DNA of 64,000 nt. Source: Flavobacteriales bacterium (GTDB lineage: Bacteria; Bacteroidota; Bacteroidia; Flavobacteriales_F; PHOS-HE28). Location of the stretch: positions 6,158-70,157 of the forward strand of contig JBIIYD010000001.1 of NCBI GenBank assembly GCA_044347005.1. The letters are read 5' to 3'. Both the position numbers and the translations under genes were made by a program. The notes under the pieces are model-generated. The model did no database searches. It was given only the letters and a program-made list of their open reading frames with translations, and was not told where the DNA came from. Below, piece by piece: positions 57,123 to 64,000 of the stretch; positions within the stretch are counted from its first letter, which is position 1; each line of letters starts with the position of its first letter.

Positions 57123-59534
57123 CTAGTCCCAGTTCGGACTGCCGCTCGGGGCTGCGCCGCCCTTGGCCCGTTGGCGGCAATCGATGCTGGCCGGATCGAA
57201 GTCCTTCGGCTTTTCGAAGTCGCCGGTACTGATCTCGATGGTGGGGTCGGCGTAGACCTTGTTCATGTAGTAGCCGTAGATCGGCAAGGCCATGTTGGCG
57301 CCCTGTCCCTTGTCCGTGGAACTGAAACGCACACTTCGGTCATCGGCACCCGTCCACACCCCGGTGACCAGGTCCGGGGTTATGCCGATGAACCAACCGT
57401 CGGAGTTGTTCTGTGTGGTGCCGGTCTTGCCTGCCGTGGGGAACTTGATGTTGGCGTAGCGTTGCCTGCTACCCCAGCTGGTGCGTAGGCGCAGGCCGGT
57501 GCCCACCACCTTGCCGGTACTGGGGTTGTAGGCGCCATCGGTAACCCCTTTCAGCATCTTGAGCATGGTGTAGGCGGTAACCTCATCGAGCGCCTCGTAG
57601 GTCTTGGGCGACACATCGTAGATGGTGTTGCCGTTCTTGTCCTCGATCCGGGTAAAGACGATGGGTTCGATGAAGACCCCTTGGTTGGCGAACGAGGCGA
57701 AGGCCCCGGTCATCTCCATCAGCGTTAGGTCGGCCACGCCCAGACACAATGATGGAACGGCTTCAAGCGGACTCTTCACGCCCATGTGCCGGGCGAGAAC
57801 GGTGACCGCCTGTGGGCCGTACTGCTTCATGAGCCATGCCGTGATGGTGTTCATGGAATTGGCCAAGGCATACTCCACGGTGACCATGCCACCGTAAACC
57901 GCATCGCTGTTCTGGGGGCACCAGTCGGGCTGGCCCGGCGGCATTTCGAAGCACACCTTCTGGTTGGGCAGTTCGCGGCAGGGGTCCATGCCTTCGCGGA
58001 TGGCCGTGGCGTAGACGAAAGGCTTGAAGGTGGACCCCACTTGGCGACGCGCTTGCTCCACGTGGTCGTACTGGAAGTGCCGGAAGTCGATGCCGCCCAC
58101 CCAGGCTTTCACGAAGCCCGTGCGCGGGTCCATGCTCAACAGTCCGCTCTGCAGGAAGCTCTTGTAGTAGCGGATCGAATCCATCGGGCTCATCACCGTA
58201 TCCACCTCGCCCTTCCAGGTGAACACCCGCATTTTCGCGGGTTTCTCGAACTCCTTCGGGATGTCCTCCTCCTTCACGTAGGGCCAATAGTGGTCGCAGC
58301 CCCCTTTGTCCGGCCGGCAATGGTAGTGTTCCGATCCTTCGTGTTGGACGCGCTCGATATACCGCGCAGGGCGTTCACAGTTGCCGCACTGCTTGCCGGA
58401 AAGGATGCGGAAACGCACGCTTCGTTTCATGGCCGTGTTCAGGATGCCATCTATCTCCTCCTGGCTTACGCGGTGGTCGAAGGGCCTGTTCTTCTTCCGG
58501 GCGATGTCCTTGAAGAAGTCGGGCTGCAACTCCGAGGCCAGGTGCTCCTTCAGGCCCCATTCGCCGTACTGCTGCATGCGCCGGTCCAGCGTGGAATAGA
58601 TGCGCAGGCCATCGGTGTAGATGTCGTAGGGCGAGCCATCGGCCTTGGCGATCTTGTAATTGCCCTTGTCGTCCTTTTCGCTGAGGAGGGCTTGGAGCTT
58701 GGCACGCAGCACTTCGCGGAAGTAGGGTGCCGGTCCTTCGGTATGGTCCACACGCTGAAAACGCAGGCCCAGCGGCAGCACCTTCAAGGAATCGTATTCC
58801 GCCGTGGAAAGGAACCCGTTCTTGCGCATCTGGTCCAGCACCACCATGCGGCGGGTCATGGTGGTATCGGGCCTGCGCAAGGGGTTGAAGAGCGCCGGGT
58901 TCTTGCACATGCCCACCAGCATGGCCGCCTCTTCGATGCGCAACGAGTCGGGCGTGGTGTTGAAGTAGACCCGCGCCGCACTGTTGATACCCACCGCCTG
59001 GTTGATCCAGTCGAAGCGGTTGAGGTACATCGCGATGATCTCGTCCTTGGTGTACTGCCGTTCCAGTTTGGCGCTGATGATCCACTCCTGGAATTTCTGG
59101 AAGGTGCGTTTGATGAAGTTGGACGAGCGGTCCGTGAAAAGCATCTTGGACAGCTGCTGCGTGAGCGTGCTGGCCCCACCTTTCTTGCCTAAGAAGACCG
59201 CAGCACGCAAAGTGCCCCGGAGGTCTATGCCGCTATGTTCCCGGAAGCGCTCATCCTCGGTGGCGATCAAGGCGTTCACCACGTTCGGGCTGATGCGGTC
59301 GTAGGTGACGGGGATCCTGTTCTCGCGGTAGTACTGGCCCATCTGGCTGCCATCGCTGAAGAGCACGGCCGTAGCCAGATCACTGCGCGGATTCTCGAGG
59401 TCCTCGGTACCCGGCAGGTCGCTGTTGGCCGCAATGGTCAGCAGCAGGGCCATGGCCAGCACCGGTGACAACACCAGTCCCCACCACAACACATACCATT
59501 TGCGGGGCTTATTGCTCTGCTTGCGTTCGGCCAT
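57123..59534 (-). CDS. mrcA: Penicillin-binding protein 1A (bifunctional transglycosylase/transpeptidase)
   Basis: GT51 motifs ([20 protein letters not shown]). Transpeptidase SxxK/KTG context. Confidence 0.9.
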   Translation of the reverse strand: MAERKQSNKPRKWYVLWWGLVLSPVLAMALLLTIAANSDLPGTEDLENPRSDLATAVLFSDGSQMGQYYRENRIPVTYDRISPNVVNALIATEDERFREHSGIDLRGTLRAAVFLGKKGGASTLTQQLSKMLFTDRSSNFIKRTFQKFQEWIISAKLERQYTKDEIIAMYLNRFDWINQAVGINSAARVYFNTTPDSLRIEEAAMLVGMCKNPALFNPLRRPDTTMTRRMVVLDQMRKNGFLSTAEYDSLKVLPLGLRFQRVDHTEGPAPYFREVLRAKLQALLSEKDDKGNYKIAKADGSPYDIYTDGLRIYSTLDRRMQQYGEWGLKEHLASELQPDFFKDIARKKNRPFDHRVSQEEIDGILNTAMKRSVRFRILSGKQCGNCERPARYIERVQHEGSEHYHCRPDKGGCDHYWPYVKEEDIPKEFEKPAKMRVFTWKGEVDTVMSPMDSIRYYKSFLQSGLLSMDPRTGFVKAWVGGIDFRHFQYDHVEQARRQVGSTFKPFVYATAIREGMDPCRELPNQKVCFEMPPGQPDWCPQNSDAVYGGMVTVEYALANSMNTITAWLMKQYGPQAVTVLARHMGVKSPLEAVPSLCLGVADLTLMEMTGAFASFANQGVFIEPIVFTRIEDKNGNTIYDVSPKTYEALDEVTAYTMLKMLKGVTDGAYNPSTGKVVGTGLRLRTSWGSRQRYANIKFPTAGKTGTTQNNSDGWFIGITPDLVTGVWTGADDRSVRFSSTDKGQGANMALPIYGYYMNKVYADPTIEISTGDFEKPKDFDPASIDCRQRAKGGAAPSGSPNWD

Positions 59535-59650
59535 CGGGCGGTGAAATTACCGGTGCGGGCGGTGTTGCTGGTGTATGGTTCGGGTCTGCCTTATCAACAA
59601 CGGAGGATCCACTCGCTACAGCGATCCACAAGGCCCAGGAGAGTAAGCCC

Positions 59651-60127
59651 CTACTTGGACCTCTCGACGCTGACGCCGACATCGAGCACTCCGGCCAGTT
59701 CCTCCGTGCGCATGGCTTGTTCCAAGCGTACGGTATAACGCCCGGAAGCCGGGAACCTATTGCCCGACCGGTAGAGCACATGGGCTTGGTAACGGTCGGC
59801 GAAGATGAATCCGAGGCCTTTCCCGAACCACTTACCGGTAGGGTCCGCCAGTAGGCATTCGATCGTGTCGCGCATGTGGCGCCCGTCAGGGCCGTGCAGG
59901 TCCACGAACAGGAAGAGGTCGCTGAACGGGTACTCGCCGGTGTGCCGGATGTCGATGAACAGGTCGTGCTTGTTCACCGTATCCGTCATTTCGAAGGCGA
60001 ATTCGGGCTTGAATTCGCGGTTCCAAGCCGCTCCCTGCACCGGAACATCGGCTTGGAAGACCACATTGTCCGCACAGCTGGAGAACAGGCACGCGATCCC
60101 GATCGCACCGACTTGGATCCCTTTCAC
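59651..60127 (-). CDS. gldH: Gliding motility lipoprotein GldH
   Basis: Lipobox LFSSC. Family-typical length. Conserved position downstream of the PSP1 gene and upstream of PBP1A. Confidence 0.75.
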   Translation of the reverse strand: MKGIQVGAIGIACLFSSCADNVVFQADVPVQGAAWNREFKPEFAFEMTDTVNKHDLFIDIRHTGEYPFSDLFLFVDLHGPDGRHMRDTIECLLADPTGKWFGKGLGFIFADRYQAHVLYRSGNRFPASGRYTVRLEQAMRTEELAGVLDVGVSVERSK

Positions 60128-61578
60128 GAAGCTTGGGGATTGGGTGATCCATCGCCCCCGGGGCGATCGCCCTTACCCCGGCCTCGACCGCGGTTGCGGC
60201 GACGTTTTGCCGCATCGCCCCCGGCGCCACCCTCGGCGGGGCGCTGCCCTCCTTCCACGGGTCTTCCTTCGGGGCGTGGTGCACGTGCCTCACGCGGTGC
60301 GCTCCCCTCCGGACGAGGAGGGCGCTGTTCCCGGGGCCGCTCGCCGCCTTCGGGGCGGGGCCCGCCTTGCGGGCGGGGCGCACGGGCCTCGCGCGGAGCA
60401 TCCGGTCCACCGGGCTCAGGACGGCGATCGCGGTCCCTTCCCGGCTTGTTCTTCGAACGTTTCTTCCCGCTCTTCGCCTTGCTATCGAAGCGTGTCAGCT
60501 CATCCTGGCCCACCACGTTCTCGTAATCCGGGCCTTTCACGGCGGGCTTCGGCTCATCGGCCATGTTCAGGTCCACCTCGGGGATGATGCCTTCCTTGTT
60601 CTGGGCAAGGATCTCGCGCACCTTCTCGACCGGGAACCCGGCCATGATGAAGGGAGAACCGGGCATCTTGAAACCGTACCACATGCGGTCCGTGAAGATG
60701 TCGGTCTTCATGTGGGTGCCGGTGCCCTGCATGGTCTTCAGCTTGGCGTTCTGGCTGGGGTAGCTCTTGATCGCCTCGATGTACATGTCCAGCTCGTAGT
60801 TCAGGCAGCACTTCAGTTTGCCGCACTGGCCCGCGAGTTTCTGCGGATTGAGCGCCAACTGCTGGTAGCGCGCCGCGCTGGTGGTAACACTGCGGAAATC
60901 GGTGAGCCAGGTGCTGCAGCACAGCTCGCGGCCGCAACTGCCGATGCCTCCGATGCGGCCCGTCTCCTGCCGCGTACCGATCTGCTTCATCTCCACCCGC
61001 ACCTTGAAACGGTCGGCCATGGTGCGCACGATACCGCGGAAGTCGATGCGGTCTTCGGCCACGTAGTACAGGGTGGCCTTGGTGCCGTCGGCCTGGTACT
61101 CAACGTCGGTCACCTTCATGTCCAGGCGCGCATCGCGCACCATGTTGCGGGCGGCGAACATGGTCTCGTCCTCCTGCTTGCGGGCGGCGTGCCAGCGGTC
61201 TATCTCCTCCTGTGTACTCTTGTGCAGGATCTTCCGCAGGTCATAGGTATCAGGGGCCACCTTGCGGCGCTCCATCTGGGCGCGCACCAGTTCACCGGTC
61301 AGGCTAACCATGCCGATGTCGTGTCCAGGTGCCGCATCCACGGTCACCAGGTCGCCGGGCATCAACTGCAAACCGCTGCTATTGCGGTAGAAGGCCTTGC
61401 GGGTGTTCTTGAAGCGTACCTCCACGCCCTCGAAGGGCTGTTGAGCATTGGGGATGGGCACACCGTCCAGCCAGTCGAACACCCCCAACTTGTTGCAGCC
61501 ACTGCTGCTGCAGTAGCCATTGCTCTTGCACCCGGCCGGTTTTCCGTCCGCTCCACTGCTACATCCTGTACACGCCAT
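60124..61578 (-). CDS. PSP1-domain protein (RicT-like) with Arg/Pro-rich repetitive C-terminal tail
   Basis: PSP1 core (GIGSCGRELCCSTWL, Cys-rich N-terminus). The tail carries repeated APREARAPRPEG units. Confidence 0.85.
   Translation of the reverse strand: MACTGCSSGADGKPAGCKSNGYCSSSGCNKLGVFDWLDGVPIPNAQQPFEGVEVRFKNTRKAFYRNSSGLQLMPGDLVTVDAAPGHDIGMVSLTGELVRAQMERRKVAPDTYDLRKILHKSTQEEIDRWHAARKQEDETMFAARNMVRDARLDMKVTDVEYQADGTKATLYYVAEDRIDFRGIVRTMADRFKVRVEMKQIGTRQETGRIGGIGSCGRELCCSTWLTDFRSVTTSAARYQQLALNPQKLAGQCGKLKCCLNYELDMYIEAIKSYPSQNAKLKTMQGTGTHMKTDIFTDRMWYGFKMPGSPFIMAGFPVEKVREILAQNKEGIIPEVDLNMADEPKPAVKGPDYENVVGQDELTRFDSKAKSGKKRSKNKPGRDRDRRPEPGGPDAPREARAPRPQGGPRPEGGERPREQRPPRPEGSAPREARAPRPEGRPVEGGQRPAEGGAGGDAAKRRRNRGRGRGKGDRPGGDGSPNPQAS
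60180..60430. repeat. GC-rich imperfect tandem repeats encoding the PSP1 RP-rich tail
   Basis: Repeated ccccggggcg/cgcgg units visible in the DNA. Protein-level PRPEG/APREARAPRP repeats. Confidence 0.55.
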
Positions 61579-61672
61579 GTCCTTGTGCCTGTGCCCCTTA
61601 GGTCGCTGGGCAAGGTGCGAAGATAGTCGGGGTTCGTAGGGGTGTGAAATTTCACGCCCCTACGAACCCCAC

Positions 61673-62794
61673 CTACCGTCCCTTCCTCAACAACCCCATC
61701 ATCCTGTAACTCATATCCATGAACAGCAGCTTGGGGTTGGCGTTGCGCTCGATGTGGATGTGGGCCGTCTCCAATTCACTGCGGATGCCGCCCACGTTCT
61801 GCTCGGTGAGCAAGGTGCTGAACTTGGTAACGAACTCCTGCTCCAGCCCGAAGGTGCGCACCAGCTCGGGCACCTGCTGCCACTGGAAGATGCACTGTCG
61901 GATCAGGTACAGGCCGTAGCGCATCAGGGACTTCTGTTTCTCGCGACCCATCTTCTGGAACTGCTCCCCGAACTCGGCCACCGTGGCCACTTGCGCAGCA
62001 TAGCAGGCACGCAGCCAGTCGCGGAAGAAGACGAAAAGCTCCTCCTCCCCTTTCTCGGCGATGTCCACCGCTTCCAGCAGATCGCCTTCGCTGCGCAGGG
62101 CCATGTTCATGGCTTCCTCGCCGGGCAGTTCCGGGAATCGCTGGCGCAGCACCTCGGCCACTTCCGTGGGGCGCAGCGCGGGCACTTTCACCAACTGGGT
62201 GCGGCTGATGATGGTGGCCAGGAGCTGGTCGGCATCGTTGCTTACCATTAGAAAGACCGTGTTCGGCTCGGGCTCTTCCAGCACTTTCAGCAGTTTGTTG
62301 GCAGCTGGAGGGTCCATCAGTTCAGGCAACCAGATCAGCATCACCTTGTAGCCACCGCGGAAGGACTTCAGCGTGAGCTTGCGCTGGATCTCCTGGGCGA
62401 TATCCACCCCCATGCGCAGCTGCTTGTTTTCACTGTCCAGCTGATCGCGCCAGAGGTCGAAGTCGGCGTATGGTTCCTGCCGCACCATGGCCCGCCAGGT
62501 GGGTACGAAGGGTTCGCACACTTTCACTTTATCGGTGAAGAAGACCGGGAACGCGAGGTGCATGTCCGGGTGCTCCAGCTTTGCCATTTGCAGACAGGCC
62601 GGGCAGGTGCTGCAGGCATCCACCACATCGGGGTTCTCGCACAGCAGATACTGCGCGTAAGCCAGGGCCAGCGGCAGATTGCCACAGCCACGAGGCCCCA
62701 TGAAGAGCTGCGCATGGGCCACCCGCCCTTCGCGGATGTTGCCGATGAGCTTGGCCTTCAGGGTGGCGTGACCGATGATCTGGGAAAACCTCAC
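61673..62794 (-). CDS. holB: DNA polymerase III subunit delta'
   Basis: GPRGCGNLPLALAYAQYLLC...CSTCPAC (zinc module). Confidence 0.85.
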   Translation of the reverse strand: MRFSQIIGHATLKAKLIGNIREGRVAHAQLFMGPRGCGNLPLALAYAQYLLCENPDVVDACSTCPACLQMAKLEHPDMHLAFPVFFTDKVKVCEPFVPTWRAMVRQEPYADFDLWRDQLDSENKQLRMGVDIAQEIQRKLTLKSFRGGYKVMLIWLPELMDPPAANKLLKVLEEPEPNTVFLMVSNDADQLLATIISRTQLVKVPALRPTEVAEVLRQRFPELPGEEAMNMALRSEGDLLEAVDIAEKGEEELFVFFRDWLRACYAAQVATVAEFGEQFQKMGREKQKSLMRYGLYLIRQCIFQWQQVPELVRTFGLEQEFVTKFSTLLTEQNVGGIRSELETAHIHIERNANPKLLFMDMSYRMMGLLRKGR

Positions 62795-62848
62795 TGATGT
62801 GGATGTGGACCCCTCGACTTCGGTTGGGGTAATGGGTGTGCTGTTGGA

Positions 62849-64000
62849 TCAGGTGGTCAGTTGTCCGAGGCGGGCTTCGAGGGCTGCGATCTTGGCTTCG
62901 GCGTCAGCTTTTTTCTTGCGTTCAGTTTCAAGCACGGCGGGAGGTGCCCCGGCCACGAAACGTTCGTTGCCCAGCTTTTTCTCCACGCTGGCGAGGAAAC
63001 CGCGCAGGTGGTTCAGTTCGGTTTCGGCCTTCTTCACCTCGGCATCCACATCGATGTTGCCACCGAGGTCGATGGCGTATTCGGTGGTGCCCACCAGGAA
63101 GGTGACCGCTCCTTGCGCTGTGCTTTCACTACGGCTGATGGCGCTGACGTTGGCGAGCTTGTTCACCAGTGCTCCCACCGCATCACGCATAGGCACGGCG
63201 GACTTCACCAACACTTCGAGTGGCTCCTTCGGGCTCATGCCTCGCTCGTTGCGCGTGTTGCGGACAGCGCTCACCAGGTCGAAGGCGTGTTGCACTTCAG
63301 CTTCGAGATTCGCGTCGCCTTCGCCGCCTTTCGGCCATGGCGCGATGATGATGTCCTCCCCTGTTTTCCGCTCGCGGAGCAGGTGCCACACCTCCTCGCT
63401 GAGGAAGGGCATGAAGGGATGCAACAATTTCATCACCTCCTCGAAGATGGCCACCGTGGCTTCGTAGGTCTGGCGGTCGATCGGCTCGGCCACACCTTCG
63501 CCAGCTTCGTTCTTTACGAAGCCGGTCTTAACGCTTTCCAGGTACCAGCTGCAGAGATCGTCCCACACCAGTTTGTAGGTGGCCATGAGCGCTTCGCTGA
63601 TGCGGAACTGCGTGAAGAGTCCGTCGATCTCCGCCGTACCGCGCGCAACACGGCTCTGCATCCACGCGACGGCTGCAGCGGATGATGCCGGTTGCGGGCG
63701 ATCATCAACACTCCAACCCTTCACAAGGCGGAACGCGTTCCAGATCTTGTTGCTGAAGTTGCGGCCCTGTTCGCAGAGCGAATCATCGTAAGGCAGGTCA
63801 TTGCCCGCCGGACTGGTAAGCAGCATGCCCACGCGCACGCCATCGGCTCCGAACTTCTCGATCAGCTCCAGCGGGTCCGGACTATTGCCCAGGCTCTTGC
63901 TCATCTTGCGACCCAGCTTGTCGCGCACGATGCCCGTGAGGTACACGTTCTTGAACGGCACCTCCTGCTTGTACTCCATGCCCGCCATGATCATGCGCGC
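62849..64000 (-). CDS. valS: Valine--tRNA ligase, C-terminal portion (the gene's 5' end lies beyond the window edge)
   Basis: KMSKSLGN motif, anticodon-binding domain and C-terminal coiled coil. The frame is open to nt 64000. Confidence 0.9.
   Translation of the reverse strand, partial: ARMIMAGMEYKQEVPFKNVYLTGIVRDKLGRKMSKSLGNSPDPLELIEKFGADGVRVGMLLTSPAGNDLPYDDSLCEQGRNFSNKIWNAFRLVKGWSVDDRPQPASSAAAVAWMQSRVARGTAEIDGLFTQFRISEALMATYKLVWDDLCSWYLESVKTGFVKNEAGEGVAEPIDRQTYEATVAIFEEVMKLLHPFMPFLSEEVWHLLRERKTGEDIIIAPWPKGGEGDANLEAEVQHAFDLVSAVRNTRNERGMSPKEPLEVLVKSAVPMRDAVGALVNKLANVSAISRSESTAQGAVTFLVGTTEYAIDLGGNIDVDAEVKKAETELNHLRGFLASVEKKLGNERFVAGAPPAVLETERKKKADAEAKIAALEARLGQLTT

Noticed and set aside
1-64000. 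tRNA/rRNA/ncRNA genes
   Set aside because: All intergenic spacers longer than 60 nt were inspected for tRNA-like T-arm/anticodon-arm signatures (GTTCGA/TTCGAATCC-type). None was found, and no rRNA-like conserved blocks are present.

Overview
This is a 64-kb chromosomal segment from a high-GC (roughly mid-60s % by eye) Bacteroidota-like genome. The phylum call rests on gldH, a T9SS C-terminal sorting domain, the PSP1-gldH-PBP1A synteny, an IPExxxVZ protein, and promoter-like TAnnTTTG motifs. Most of the window is housekeeping: lysS (5' partial), gpsA, uvrC, lpxD, cvpA, pheS, pyk, rnc-fabF-acpP, purN, rnhA, scoA/scoB, PBP1A, gldH, holB and valS (partial at the 3' edge). No rRNA, tRNA or CRISPR array was found.

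Five regions stand out.
1. 14.0-17.6 kb: a visibly AT-richer, probably horizontally acquired four-gene operon. It encodes an HNH_2-type endonuclease, a NERD/PD-(D/E)xK nuclease fused to a DUF2075 (Schlafen-group-3-like) P-loop ATPase, and two translationally coupled small ORFs. I consider it a candidate, apparently undescribed, nuclease-helicase defence system.
2. 19.0-20.95 kb: a toxin-antitoxin islet. It holds a PIN/VapC toxin with its antitoxin, a tandemly duplicated orphan copy of that antitoxin whose toxin has been deleted, and a ParE/RelE-family toxin with its antitoxin. Each module is bounded by copies of a GATCAGATGATC-type repeat, including a ~130-bp imperfect inverted repeat.
3. 43-57 kb: a minus-strand cluster of six paralogous polytopic membrane proteins (GT-C-like, two ending in the same KLYLWN motif) with a GtrB/Dpm1-like GT2. 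Three of these genes sit between scoA and scoB, which are normally adjacent. The inserted stretch includes a four-helix-bundle ('23S rRNA intervening sequence protein', Avd-like) gene flanked by inverted TCCACATC-type repeats.
4. Several novel small repeat families: GTCGACCCAATGGGTCGAC REP-like palindromes at three loci, a ~135-nt palindrome of CGAGTGG heptamers between uvrC and lpxD, and CACATCTCCACAT repeats.
5. Coding-sequence oddities: an in-frame ACGAACA microsatellite insertion inside pheS, and an Arg/Pro-rich repetitive tail on the PSP1 protein.

Coordinates were derived from the ORF track by amino-acid offsets. Start codons are the main uncertainty.
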